Source of the DNA: Leptospira sp.
Lineage (GTDB): Bacteria > Spirochaetota > Leptospiria > Leptospirales > Leptospiraceae
Assembly: GCA_034439575.1 (NCBI GenBank)
Contig: JAWXAQ010000007.1
Span: forward strand, 64,001-128,000
DNA length: 64,000 nucleotides
Reading direction: 5' to 3'
Shown: in pieces, positions 1 to 10,194 of the stretch
Numbering within the stretch: position 1 is the first letter of the stretch
Layout: each line of letters begins with the position of its first letter
The notes under the pieces: model-generated
What the model saw: only the letters and a program-made list of their open reading frames with translations
What the model was told of the DNA's origin: nothing
Databases searched by the model: none
Position numbers and translations under genes: made by a program

Positions 1-224
1 TTTTTATACAATAATTGGCCTTTTCCATTCCGGCGAGCTTCATAAAATTCACCTTCGTATTTGCTACCATTTTCGGTAGTTTGAATTCCTACTCCATTAT
101 CACAATCACCTTCAACACAAACAGTTTGAAGGGTATGGCATTGAGCAAAAATCGTTATAATATAGAATAACAAAATTCCTGTTGATCTTTCTTTTATGGA
201 ATTGTAAAACTTGATAACGATCAT
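1..224 (-). CDS. MORN-repeat protein, probable lipoprotein (N-terminal part; runs off window start)
   Basis: Manual translation MIVIKFY...IFAQC...CVEGDCDNGVGIQTTENGSKYEGEFYEARRNGKG has the MORN pattern GxxYxGxF...GxG; not in ORF track because truncated. Confidence 0.75.
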   Translation of the reverse strand, partial: MIVIKFYNSIKERSTGILLFYIITIFAQCHTLQTVCVEGDCDNGVGIQTTENGSKYEGEFYEARRNGKGQLLYK

Positions 225-277
225 CTTGTTCCCATGGCAATTCATAGATGTATTATTAATTTTAAAAAGGTATAAAA

Positions 278-646
278 ATGTCATCTAAAAAGGTTCTTCT
301 AGTGGACGATAGCACTGTCACTAGATTGATGATTAAAAAAATTATCAATGATTCAAAATTAAATTGCGAATGTTTGGAAGCGGAATCTGCGGACAAAGCA
401 CATGATTTGATTATGACTTTGAATCATTTGGATTTTGCTACTATTGATCAAAATATGCCAGGTACACTTTCTGGTTTGGATTTCGCAGAAATCTTACTTA
501 AAAAATTTCCCAATATTCATATAGCGCTCGTTACTGCAAACATTCAAGATGCAATCAGAAATAAAGCAAAATCGATAGGCATTGATTTTATTGAAAAACC
601 TATCTCAGCCGAAAGACTTAATCCATTTTTAGAAAAGGTTCAATAA
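278..646 (+). CDS. Single-domain response regulator (CheY-like REC)
   Basis: LLVDDS, phospho-Asp in IDQNMP, LVTA, EKP motifs. Confidence 0.92.
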   Translation: MSSKKVLLVDDSTVTRLMIKKIINDSKLNCECLEAESADKAHDLIMTLNHLDFATIDQNMPGTLSGLDFAEILLKKFPNIHIALVTANIQDAIRNKAKSIGIDFIEKPISAERLNPFLEKVQ

Positions 647-1254
647 TGAATCACCTAACAGAATTAGAAGAAGATGCGTTAGGAGAATTATTTAATATTA
701 GTTTGGGTGGGGCAGCCAAATTATTAAGTGAAATGATCTCAAATGAGATCCTACTTACAGTTCCGAGTTTAAAAATAATAAGTATAGAAGATGCTTTAAA
801 ATTAGAATCTCTTGCCAATAAAGACATATGTTCTATAGAACAAAAGTTTAATGGAGGACTCGGGAACGGATCTGCATTTATATTATTTCATAAAGATTCC
901 AGTCTAGAAATTGTCAGGATGATGATTAAAGATTATGTAGAAATAAATGAAGTATCTCATTTTGAAAAAGATGCTCTTAGTGAAATTGGAAATATTATTT
1001 TAAACTCTATACTTTCCAACTTAGCGAAGATGGCGGAGAAAAAAATCGAAACAAATATTCCCGAATTTTTTATCGGGAAATATGAAGATATCCTTAGAGA
1101 TGACCTCTATCAGTTAAAAGATATCAATTCAATTCTAATGGCATTTATAGATTATCATTTAAAAGGAAAAGACATCCAAGGTTATATATTTTTCTTACTT
1201 GAATTTGAAACTATAAAAAAACTATCTAATGTTCTTATAGAAAGACTGAAATAA
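646..1254 (+). CDS. CheC/CheX-family phosphatase
   Basis: Two D-x-x-x-E-x-x-N repeats (DALGELFN; DALSEIGN). Confidence 0.85.
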   Translation: MNHLTELEEDALGELFNISLGGAAKLLSEMISNEILLTVPSLKIISIEDALKLESLANKDICSIEQKFNGGLGNGSAFILFHKDSSLEIVRMMIKDYVEINEVSHFEKDALSEIGNIILNSILSNLAKMAEKKIETNIPEFFIGKYEDILRDDLYQLKDINSILMAFIDYHLKGKDIQGYIFFLLEFETIKKLSNVLIERLK

Positions 1255-1255
1255 A

Positions 1256-2908
1256 TTGGAAGATTTAAATTTCGACAATCTCCATACAATCGTCGACAAA
1301 TCTGGGATTGGGATTATTATATTAAACAATGATGAAAAAATTATTTTATCAAATCAATGGTTTTATCGTTATTCTGGATTTGATTTTTCTTCTTTAAAAG
1401 ATAAATTATTTTTGGATGTTTTTCCTGAATTTAAAAATTCACGAACTCACACTTCTATCAAACTATGTTTAGAAGATCAACAATATTCTATTCTCACACA
1501 TACCCTAAACCCATTCCCATTTCCTTTATATGAAAATTCTAGGGACAGACTTGAGGATAAAAGAATATATCAATATTTGCATATAATACCCATTCAAATT
1601 ACTACTTCTGAGGGATGTTTATGCATGATTCAAATTTCAGATGTGAGCCAACAAGTTACTAGAGAAAATATGTTACGTGAGCAGATGAACATTGCTACTT
1701 CTATTAAAGAAGAGGCGATTCGTGCTTCAAATGCAAAGTCTGTTTTTTTGGCCTCAATGAGTCATGAAATCCGCACTCCTTTAAATGCGATCTTAGGTAT
1801 GACTGAAATATTAGAGGAAACCAATTTAGATGTAGACCAAAGAAAATATTTAGATGTTCTGCGAAACTCTGGCAAAGCCTTATTTAATTTGATCAATGAT
1901 ATTCTTGATTTTTCAAGAATCGAAGCAGGAAAACTAGAAATTGATAATCATCCCTATTCATTGTTAAGTGTCATTGAAGAAACACTTTCTCTATTTTATT
2001 TAAGGGCCAAAAATAAAGGTGTTGTTTTAGAATCTTTTATTTTTCCAGGGCTTTCAACTTCTGTATATGGAGATCCAATTCGCATTCAACAAATTTTGAT
2101 TAATCTTTTGGGCAATTCTATAAAATTTACGCAAAAGGGAAAAATTTTACTTCGCATAACACATATCTTCGATGAGGATACAAGACGTGAAATGATGGTA
2201 ATAGAAGTTTCCGATACAGGTATAGGTATCCCTCCAGATAAAATAGATAAAATCTTTGACAGTTTTACACAAGGAGATAGTTCTACGACGAGAAAGTATG
2301 GCGGAACGGGACTTGGTTTAGCTATTACAAAAAAATTAGTAAATTTGCTAAATGGTAAAATAAATGTAAAAAGTGAATTTGGAATTGGTTCAACATTTAC
2401 TATTCAGCTTCCATACCTTCCTTATTTAGAAACAGAACTACAATTACAAACTACCTTTGATGGCATTGATGTTCCTGAACCTTCAAAATTTCCCAAATTA
2501 AAACTCTTGTTAGCCGAAGATTCTCCTGAAAATATTTTTTTAGTTCAAACAATATTACGAAAATATCCCATTGAGATAGATGTTGCTGAAAATGGAAAAA
2601 TTGCTGTTGATAAAGCAATGTCTAACAAATATAATGTGGCCTTAATGGATATGCAAATGCCAATTATGGATGGCAATGAGGCAATTAAATTGATTAGGGA
2701 TAATGAAAAAAAATCTAAAATTCCTACATCAAAGTCTTTGCCTATCATTGCACTGACAGCTAACGTATCTAAAGAAGATATAAAAAAGAGTTTCGAAGCA
2801 GGATGTAGTTCTTACCTAACAAAACCAGTCAGAAAAACTGATTTAGTCAGATTGATATATTTCTATACTACTTCGGAAAATGCTCTGATTTTAGATAAGC
2901 ATAATTAA
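1256..2908 (+). CDS. Hybrid sensor histidine kinase (PAS-like, HisKA, HATPase, REC)
   Basis: SHEIRTPLN H-box, NLLGNSIKFT N-box, DTGIGI, GGTGLGL, C-terminal REC (MDMQMP, TKP). Confidence 0.93.
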   Translation: MEDLNFDNLHTIVDKSGIGIIILNNDEKIILSNQWFYRYSGFDFSSLKDKLFLDVFPEFKNSRTHTSIKLCLEDQQYSILTHTLNPFPFPLYENSRDRLEDKRIYQYLHIIPIQITTSEGCLCMIQISDVSQQVTRENMLREQMNIATSIKEEAIRASNAKSVFLASMSHEIRTPLNAILGMTEILEETNLDVDQRKYLDVLRNSGKALFNLINDILDFSRIEAGKLEIDNHPYSLLSVIEETLSLFYLRAKNKGVVLESFIFPGLSTSVYGDPIRIQQILINLLGNSIKFTQKGKILLRITHIFDEDTRREMMVIEVSDTGIGIPPDKIDKIFDSFTQGDSSTTRKYGGTGLGLAITKKLVNLLNGKINVKSEFGIGSTFTIQLPYLPYLETELQLQTTFDGIDVPEPSKFPKLKLLLAEDSPENIFLVQTILRKYPIEIDVAENGKIAVDKAMSNKYNVALMDMQMPIMDGNEAIKLIRDNEKKSKIPTSKSLPIIALTANVSKEDIKKSFEAGCSSYLTKPVRKTDLVRLIYFYTTSENALILDKHN

Positions 2909-3535
2909 TTATTTAGCAACCATCTCGCGCCACCAATTTGGTGTAGATGAAATAACTCCAGGTTGTCCATATAATGAATTTGCAATGTTTAAGGATGAGG
3001 CACCCGCTTCCGTTTCAATTTCATAATAATTTTTTCCCTCTATCTCTAACTTCTGTTTAATTCGAAGTCCCTTACCTCCGAAAAAAACCTCTGCTTGTTT
3101 TTGGTTCATGGAAGTTTCAAGTTCTACAATGATATTGCCAGGCAATGCAAGTAACGTGGAACCTTTAACAGTTTTAAATACCGGCGAATAACCTATATTA
3201 CCTGAAGAATTTAAACTTTTGGAGACTCCAATTGATCCATCTTTTCCATTTGTTTTCCAAAGATTCACTATCCCCTTTGAAGTTACTAATTCTGCACTTT
3301 GATCGACTTTCTGAACTGGCGATTTTGTATTTCGGGATGATTGGTTTCCACCACCGAATTCAGCAACGAGACCAGATTCCAAAACGAGAAGTATTTTTTG
3401 GTTACCTTCATAGAAATAGAGGTCATTCGGTGAAATGTCTTGTGAATATGAGGGTCTAGATACGCATGCAGTTGCTAATATAGCAAAAATAAAACTAATT
3501 GAATGAGATTTTTTTTTATACAATATGTGGTTCAT
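2909..3535 (-). CDS. Lipoprotein with subtilase propeptide/chaperone-like C-terminal domain
   Basis: Lipobox-like LATAC; PGNIIVEL...YYEIE...SLNIANSLYGQPGVISSTPNW resembles I9/propeptide folds; directly downstream of S8 protease. Confidence 0.6.
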   Translation of the reverse strand: MNHILYKKKSHSISFIFAILATACVSRPSYSQDISPNDLYFYEGNQKILLVLESGLVAEFGGGNQSSRNTKSPVQKVDQSAELVTSKGIVNLWKTNGKDGSIGVSKSLNSSGNIGYSPVFKTVKGSTLLALPGNIIVELETSMNQKQAEVFFGGKGLRIKQKLEIEGKNYYEIETEAGASSLNIANSLYGQPGVISSTPNWWREMVAK

Positions 3536-3562
3536 AATTTACTCCTATATTTACCGTCTAAC

Positions 3563-5362
3563 TTAATTGGCACGCCCACGAACTCGTATGCTCCATGATG
3601 AAAGAGTATGATCTAAATTAGCAATATTTTTCGAAGTTGAATATACAAAACTGGATCCAGTTTGTGTATATCTAGATGTCGCATCACAGGTATAATTTGA
3701 AGTACCAGCTCCGCCAACCGCTTTAGTACAAACGTCTGCTACTCTTAACTGCCATGTACCGTTGGCAGACTCATCCACAAATGTCGTGGCACCAAATGTC
3801 CATGCCGTAAAATCATTGCAGAACGCAATAGAACCGTTAGAAGTACATATCCTAGGGACAGCGAGTCGAGCTTTAGTTCCAGCAGGTGATATCAATTCAA
3901 CATAAAGATCGCCTGCATCATCATTGGTGCCTGTTTGAACGGTCATCGTAACTTCGACAAATTCAATTTTACCTATACCAGTGTTTGATAGAGTTGCTGA
4001 ATTTAATGCACCTGTTTGGTTGTTATTTGGAATATTTGAATTTGTTGTTGAGCCAGTTTGAGTCGAAGTGAGGAGAGATCCTATCAAAGTCCAAGAATCT
4101 GCTAAAGTCAAAGCATTCCCAACATGAACGGCACCAAATCCATACTTATGATTAAAATTGAGACCAGCTCCATTGGTCACCCAATCTGAATCGGTCGAAT
4201 CGTTTTTTCTAGCCGCTCTTGCTAAAATAACTCTCACGTCTCTAGATGTTAAATTTGAGTTTCTTTCGAGAATCAAAGCCCCAACGCCGGCAGCTAATGG
4301 AGAAGATGCGGAAGTTCCATTAAAGCTGTTTGTATAATTAGTATTCGAAAAATTAGGTGATGCGCCTGTTGTGTTATAACCACCACTGCTAGCTATATCT
4401 GTTGTAGCAATGGCTGGACCTCCACTCAAACCTTGTGAATGTGCTGAAATTAATAAATTAGCACCTTCTTCTGAATAATAAGCTCTTTTTCCATCATTAC
4501 CTATGGCCGCAACAGCGAATGTATTATAAAAATTTGCTTGTCCGTCATGATTGGAATTATCTCGTGTGGCAGTCCCTGAAGAAACGATGCCACTAGTGTT
4601 AGACGATGTTAATAGTTGCCCACCATTTCCAGCCGCCCAAAAATAGATTGTCCCTTTTCCATTTCTTCCAGAAGTGAATCCAGAATTCACTCCAGATTGC
4701 CATAATGATCCACTGGATGCAAGTCTACCTGTATTGTCTGCAGCACCCCAACTATTATTTGAAACCCAAACTTTAGTTGAATTTTGGCTCATGGCACTAC
4801 TAGCATTTGAATCTGTACTGTTAACCAAAACGTTTCTAGCACCAATTTTTGATCTCGGTGCGATTCCACTTAATCCAATACCATTTGAATCACGAGCTGA
4901 CATAATCCCTGAAACAGCTGTTCCATGACAACCAAGCCCAGTTGTGCTACAATTTGAGTAATTGAAAAGTCCACTCTCACCTGAAGATGAATAGGTAATA
5001 TTCAGACTATTATCATAATTACTTTTGAGATCTTCATGAGTATAATCCATCCCATCATCTACAGTAACTATATTGACTCCATTGCCTTTACATCCTTTTT
5101 CCCATGCCGAATTGGCATTCACATCTTCACCACTTACAGCTCCACTTGTCGTTCCATCATTGTTTAAATGCCATTGATTTGTGTACAATGGATCTGAGGG
5201 AACGCCTGTCGTAGAACACGAACTAGCAACCGTCGACTGATTCTGTAAATAATTCAGAATCGCAAATAAAAGAAAAAGTTCGGTAGTTTTGTTATCTTCC
5301 TTTTTACAGTTCACTTGCAAAAATAGAAAAATAAATAATACACAGTAGTTTAAAAAACGCAC
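3563..5362 (-). CDS. Kexin/furin-like S8 serine protease lipoprotein with P-domain
   Basis: Lipobox LQVNC; DPLYTNQWHL; catalytic VDDG, HGT, AAGNGG, GTSASSP; P-domain GDLYVELISPAGT. Confidence 0.92.
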   Translation of the reverse strand: MRFLNYCVLFIFLFLQVNCKKEDNKTTELFLLFAILNYLQNQSTVASSCSTTGVPSDPLYTNQWHLNNDGTTSGAVSGEDVNANSAWEKGCKGNGVNIVTVDDGMDYTHEDLKSNYDNSLNITYSSSGESGLFNYSNCSTTGLGCHGTAVSGIMSARDSNGIGLSGIAPRSKIGARNVLVNSTDSNASSAMSQNSTKVWVSNNSWGAADNTGRLASSGSLWQSGVNSGFTSGRNGKGTIYFWAAGNGGQLLTSSNTSGIVSSGTATRDNSNHDGQANFYNTFAVAAIGNDGKRAYYSEEGANLLISAHSQGLSGGPAIATTDIASSGGYNTTGASPNFSNTNYTNSFNGTSASSPLAAGVGALILERNSNLTSRDVRVILARAARKNDSTDSDWVTNGAGLNFNHKYGFGAVHVGNALTLADSWTLIGSLLTSTQTGSTTNSNIPNNNQTGALNSATLSNTGIGKIEFVEVTMTVQTGTNDDAGDLYVELISPAGTKARLAVPRICTSNGSIAFCNDFTAWTFGATTFVDESANGTWQLRVADVCTKAVGGAGTSNYTCDATSRYTQTGSSFVYSTSKNIANLDHTLSSWSIRVRGRAN

Positions 5363-5427
5363 GATTTAACCTCTACGGAATTCCCCTAACATTGCCTGCG
5401 AATTTTACTCTCGCAAGCAATTTTTTT

Positions 5428-6489
5428 CTATGCTTTTGCTTCTGCTAGGCGTTTTGATCTATCATCTTGCACAAGTGCATCAATTAATTCTTCCAAATCA
5501 CCTTCCATAAGTGCAGGTAAATTATGGCTCGTATAACCAACTCTATGGTCTGTGCAACGCCCTTGTGGATAATTGTATGTCCTAATTCGTTCTGAACGAT
5601 CACCAGATCCTACTTGGGCTTTCTTTAAAGCATCAGCGCTTAACTTTGCGGTTTCAGCTAACTGATCTGCGATTCTGGCACGTAACATACGCATGGCTTT
5701 GTCACGATTTTTAATTTGAGACCTTTCTTCTTGGGAAGCTGAAACAATTCCGGTAGGGATATGTGTAATACGTACAGCAGAGTCGGTAGTGTTTACGTGC
5801 TGACCACCAGCACCTGACGAGCGATATACGTCAATTCGAAGATCACTTTCTCTTATTTCTATTTCTTTTTCTTCTACTTCCGGCAATACGGCAACTGTAA
5901 CAGCTGATGTGTGAATTCGCCCGCCAGATTCAGTTACTGGAATTCTTTGTACGCGATGTGTGCCAGATTCAAATTTGAATAAGTCATAGGCACGTTCATC
6001 ATCTAACGAAAATACTATTTCTTTATAACCACCGATACCCGTTTGGCTCATATCTATGATTTCAACTTTCATCCCCATTTTATCGGCGTACTTATTGTAC
6101 ATACGAAAGAGATCAGCACAAAATAAACCAGACTCTTCTCCGCCAGTTCCAGCACGAATTTCCACAAGAATGCTCTTACCTGAATTTGGATCCGGAGGTA
6201 ATAACATAATTTCCAATTCTTTTGAGAGAGCTTCTAACCTAGCTTCGCCTACTTCTATTTCAGTTTTTAACATCGTATGCATTTCCGGATCACTTTCTGA
6301 TCCAAGCATACCTTTCGCATCCTCTATATCTTTCATGATACTTAAGTATTCATTTGCCTTGGTATAGACAGGAGTTAGGCGAGACCTTTCTTTTGAAAGA
6401 TCTTTTAGTTGATCGGATTGAGTTGCCTTACCTAGCTCATCTTCGATGCGAAGGTATTTTTCTTGTATTTTTTTCAATCTGTCTATCAT
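5428..6489 (-). CDS. prfA: Peptide chain release factor 1
   Basis: GAGGQHVN and RF1 PxT motif (QRIPVTE); start taken at MIDRLKK. Confidence 0.96.
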   Translation of the reverse strand: MIDRLKKIQEKYLRIEDELGKATQSDQLKDLSKERSRLTPVYTKANEYLSIMKDIEDAKGMLGSESDPEMHTMLKTEIEVGEARLEALSKELEIMLLPPDPNSGKSILVEIRAGTGGEESGLFCADLFRMYNKYADKMGMKVEIIDMSQTGIGGYKEIVFSLDDERAYDLFKFESGTHRVQRIPVTESGGRIHTSAVTVAVLPEVEEKEIEIRESDLRIDVYRSSGAGGQHVNTTDSAVRITHIPTGIVSASQEERSQIKNRDKAMRMLRARIADQLAETAKLSADALKKAQVGSGDRSERIRTYNYPQGRCTDHRVGYTSHNLPALMEGDLEELIDALVQDDRSKRLAEAKA

Positions 6490-6509
6490 GTCTATGGAAA
6501 GGATAGAGA

Positions 6510-7175
6510 ATGCCTGATTTTGATAAACCAAAATCTAATTCTATTGTGTTTAAGGTGAACGAAAACGACTCTCCACAACAAATAAAAAGCTTTTTAGAGA
6601 GCCTAATCGACCTCTTTGCAGGCCTAGAGGAATACAAAAGCCCCTATGCACCGACGATCCAGCCTCCGAAACTATTAATCGATGAACTCGTCCAAAATGC
6701 TTCTTTCAAAACAGCACTCATCAGTGGGACGTGTTCACTTCCCCCAGGCCCCTTAGGTCTAATCAGCATTCTACCTGAATTATTGATTATTTACCGTATT
6801 CAAGGCCAATTGGTATTAGACATTGCTGCTTTGCATGGAAAGGAAGTCCATGTTACAAAAGAATTGTTATTATACTGCATCTTCAAACATGGCAGTGCTC
6901 AAATTTTCAGAAAAATCATCGAAGAGTCATCTTTAAAAATCCTCATTCGCCCAACTACAGTTAGATTATTTCAGGTAATGCTAGAAAAATTAGGTCTAAT
7001 GATTACACACAAAGTCATCCGAAGGCAATTTGCGCGTTGGATTCCGTTAGGTGGCGCTTTTGTTACAGGAACCATAGCCTATTTTGATACAAAAAAAGTA
7101 GGCAATACGGCCCACTACCTATTTTCAAAAGAATTGGTTGTGATAAATGAGATTACTGGATTGGAAAGTAAGTGA
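6510..7175 (+). CDS. EcsC/DUF697-like protein
   Basis: PGPLG..LPEL...Q..LV.DIAALHG and RWIPLGGA patterns. Confidence 0.6.
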   Translation: MPDFDKPKSNSIVFKVNENDSPQQIKSFLESLIDLFAGLEEYKSPYAPTIQPPKLLIDELVQNASFKTALISGTCSLPPGPLGLISILPELLIIYRIQGQLVLDIAALHGKEVHVTKELLLYCIFKHGSAQIFRKIIEESSLKILIRPTTVRLFQVMLEKLGLMITHKVIRRQFARWIPLGGAFVTGTIAYFDTKKVGNTAHYLFSKELVVINEITGLESK

Positions 7176-8293
7176 AAATTCTTGTATTAACATTTTTAAT
7201 TTTTCTAACTAATTGCAAAACAGAACACGAAAATTTAGTTTCAGAAATCGAAGATTTAATTTCAAGAGAGAAATACGAAAAGGCACTCATACTTATTTCA
7301 GAAAGACTTTCAGCAACAAGAAGTACAGCCGAAATTTTATCAAAGTCAAAACCGAACCAACCCCGCTTACTACAGTTATCCGAAGATCGCAGACGTGTTG
7401 TCTGGACGGAAAACAAAACTATTTATTTTAGAGATTTAATTACTGATAAAGCGGAAAACATAGAATTAAAAATTCGTCCTGAGAATTTTCAGATTTCAAA
7501 TAACGCTGAATATGCGATATTACAATATCCACTAAAACAAAAGGGTGGCTGTGCCATCTATGCATATTCTTTATTAAACATTACCGTCGAATACGAATCA
7601 GGTGTTCATATTCCTTGCAAAACCGGGATGGGTATAACACAAAAAGGTGATAAGATATTATACTTTTTTGAAAACAATCTATATGAAGAACGGACTAGCC
7701 ATCCCAAAATTCCGAAAAAAGCTGTATCCTTTGATTTATTCCCTCCCCCTTTTCCAAAATTAAAAACAAATCTACAATTGGCAAGTTTAGGAGAAGACTG
7801 GCTGATTTGGTCAGGAGCCGGTGGAGCTTACAATTTATATTTTTTGCAAAGTAAGACGATGAAAATTACGTTCTTGAGTAAAGATATTGTATTGCCAAGG
7901 ATTACATATAACAATGGTTCTTCGGCTTATGTAGTTGGTGGTAAAGTTGGCGATTTATATCTTAGAGAAATTGAATACTCGCAAAATAGAATTCCTTCCT
8001 TACATCGGGGAATTCCTGTTTCAACACGTGAGGCTACTTCTTGGAAACTAACAGGTAAAGATGAATTTCTTACTGGAAATCAAAACGAACCTTTGCAACC
8101 CATGAAATGGAAAGTCCTCGGCAAAAAAGAACATTTACCATTTTTTTTGGAGAGATTTTGGGTGATTACGGGTGATCGAATTATCTATGAGAACAAAGCA
8201 GGCGAGCTGGTTCTGGACAATTTAATATTTGGCCCAGAAGATTTTGTGATGTTGGATTATTATAAAAAGGTTAAAAAATCATCTGACGGCTAA
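7172..8293 (+). CDS. Hypothetical lipoprotein, possibly beta-propeller
   Basis: Lipobox FLTNC; beta-rich composition; overlaps upstream stop. Confidence 0.65.
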   Translation: MKILVLTFLIFLTNCKTEHENLVSEIEDLISREKYEKALILISERLSATRSTAEILSKSKPNQPRLLQLSEDRRRVVWTENKTIYFRDLITDKAENIELKIRPENFQISNNAEYAILQYPLKQKGGCAIYAYSLLNITVEYESGVHIPCKTGMGITQKGDKILYFFENNLYEERTSHPKIPKKAVSFDLFPPPFPKLKTNLQLASLGEDWLIWSGAGGAYNLYFLQSKTMKITFLSKDIVLPRITYNNGSSAYVVGGKVGDLYLREIEYSQNRIPSLHRGIPVSTREATSWKLTGKDEFLTGNQNEPLQPMKWKVLGKKEHLPFFLERFWVITGDRIIYENKAGELVLDNLIFGPEDFVMLDYYKKVKKSSDG

Positions 8294-8491
8294 TTAAGCC
8301 GCCTGTTCACTTTCTTTTCTATTTAGATAAAAATTGCAGTTTTTATATTTTTCAGTAACACAATATGATGTTAGATTCAACATATCGCCGTCTTCTAGCC
8401 TGTCCTTTGCACTCGGGCATACTTTTAATCCCTTAGAATATAAAGGACATTTTATATAGAATTCATGTGTCGAGTGCGTTTTCTTAGACAT
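8294..8491 (-). CDS. Small four-cysteine protein
   Basis: CP-x8-CP...C-x7-C pattern; start MSKK assumed. Confidence 0.55.
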   Translation of the reverse strand: MSKKTHSTHEFYIKCPLYSKGLKVCPSAKDRLEDGDMLNLTSYCVTEKYKNCNFYLNRKESEQAA

Positions 8492-8588
8492 AGCTTTCAA
8501 AACTTTTTTGATTTTTACATTCATGTCAAACTGATTTTAGAACATAGGAAAAAATAAAAAAATAATTAAGTCTCTAATCCGAATTAAT

Positions 8589-9779
8589 TTAGAAGTATAG
8601 ATTTAAGATTCTCGGTTCATTATCCGATTCAGAAACATTTATATTTACAAAGTCACGTAAGTTAAATGTCCGTCCTGACGTTTTAAATCCGAATAAACTT
8701 CCATGCATAAACACTTGCACAGCATCAATGGCACGAGTTGTTTTTATATTTTTTGCTAATCCAAATTTTTCCCAAATTTCATTCTCGCTTAACTGGGATA
8801 AGTCTTCATTTGGCAAAAAGGATTTAATTTTTTCTTGATCTAATTTTTTAAATGAAACGGAAGGAGAGACCAATCCATCTAATGGTTTGCCTTTCAATCT
8901 ATCATACAAAGCAGTATTGAAAACTTCTTGACCAATAAATACTGCCACCTTCCAACCTGGTACTATCCAAGTTCTATCTTGAGTCAATTCTCCAGCTTCA
9001 ATAAATGAAGACTCTTCGTCTGTAATCAAAGTTTTGCGAACCAATGGATCCATGACTTTTCCTTCAGCAGAAAATGGAACAGAAACATTGTACAATTGTC
9101 CTTGTGGATCTACGACAAGCACACCTTTCACTACTTTAGGCGATGGCAAAATAATTGATCCGGCAAGTATCGGCACTTTGTATTCTTTTGCTAATCTAGA
9201 AAAAGTCTCTTGGTAAACCTCTGCCATACGCAATGATTTATAACGAAATGATGCCTCCCATTTCGAATTAGGTTTTTTAGAATTTTCTAAATAAGGGGCG
9301 ATTTCCGTCGCATGTTTAGAAACAAAATTATCTATTAGAGAATTTATATCCCCTTCTTCAAAGATAGATTTTTTTTCATCAACGAACAATAAACCAGTTC
9401 CAATATGTTCCGGGAATATAACGATTGTCTTGCGATCATAGATATTCTTTTCTTTGCCTGATTTTAATAACTCTTCAATCCTTTCAGACCACCATTCTGG
9501 TTTGGCAAAGTCATTCGCTCTCAAATAAACTTGCATACCCACCATATTTCCATACTTTCGATCTGTTCCATTAGTATTTATCGTGATCGAAGACCAAGTA
9601 GGTTCTACTTTTAAAGGTTCGCTCTCTTCTATAGATTCTGTTTCTGTTTTTGCAATTGTAATTTCAAACTTGGGAATCGGGACGTCTTTGCGAAGTAAGG
9701 CTTGCGAAGCAAATCCTGTGATGAATAGAAAAACAATAAAATAGAGAATCTTAATTGGAGGTACGTATAAATTATGCAT
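8589..9779 (-). CDS. Carbon-nitrogen hydrolase (nitrilase)-fold membrane-anchored protein, catalytic Cys apparently absent
   Basis: IFPEHIG (Glu), LYNVS, VRK (Lys), VFIGQE where ICxD is expected. Confidence 0.7.
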   Translation of the reverse strand: MHNLYVPPIKILYFIVFLFITGFASQALLRKDVPIPKFEITIAKTETESIEESEPLKVEPTWSSITINTNGTDRKYGNMVGMQVYLRANDFAKPEWWSERIEELLKSGKEKNIYDRKTIVIFPEHIGTGLLFVDEKKSIFEEGDINSLIDNFVSKHATEIAPYLENSKKPNSKWEASFRYKSLRMAEVYQETFSRLAKEYKVPILAGSIILPSPKVVKGVLVVDPQGQLYNVSVPFSAEGKVMDPLVRKTLITDEESSFIEAGELTQDRTWIVPGWKVAVFIGQEVFNTALYDRLKGKPLDGLVSPSVSFKKLDQEKIKSFLPNEDLSQLSENEIWEKFGLAKNIKTTRAIDAVQVFMHGSLFGFKTSGRTFNLRDFVNINVSESDNEPRILNLYF

Positions 9780-10194
9780 GTTCTTTTAAATATAAGGAAA
9801 TCGTATCTAACATATATTCGGTGAAAAGAGGTGTAGGATTATAATTTTTTATATCAACCCATTCCATATAGTCATGCTCATCTGACATCTGAATTTTTCC
9901 AGAAATCAATTTTGCATGATAAGCAAGAATGATACACGGAACATTCTCTTCGTTTACTCTGTGTTTGTGAATCAAAAATGGTTTCGGGTTTAAGTCTATC
10001 TTAATGTCATTTCCCAATTCTTCAGAAATTTCTCGTTTGATACTTAAAGTCCAGTCCTCAAAAAACTCATGTTCGTCCATCCGTCCACCAGGCAGATCGC
10101 CTAGACCAGATTTTTTATCTCGCATAACAAGAAGTCTATCGCCATCGCGTAAAAAAACTTTTTGGGTGATTTGAAAAAAACCATGTTTACTCAA
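9772..10194 (-). CDS. NUDIX hydrolase
   Basis: LPGGRMD...REISEELG Nudix box, SDEH. Confidence 0.9.
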   Translation of the reverse strand: MSKHGFFQITQKVFLRDGDRLLVMRDKKSGLGDLPGGRMDEHEFFEDWTLSIKREISEELGNDIKIDLNPKPFLIHKHRVNEENVPCIILAYHAKLISGKIQMSDEHDYMEWVDIKNYNPTPLFTEYMLDTISLYLKEHA

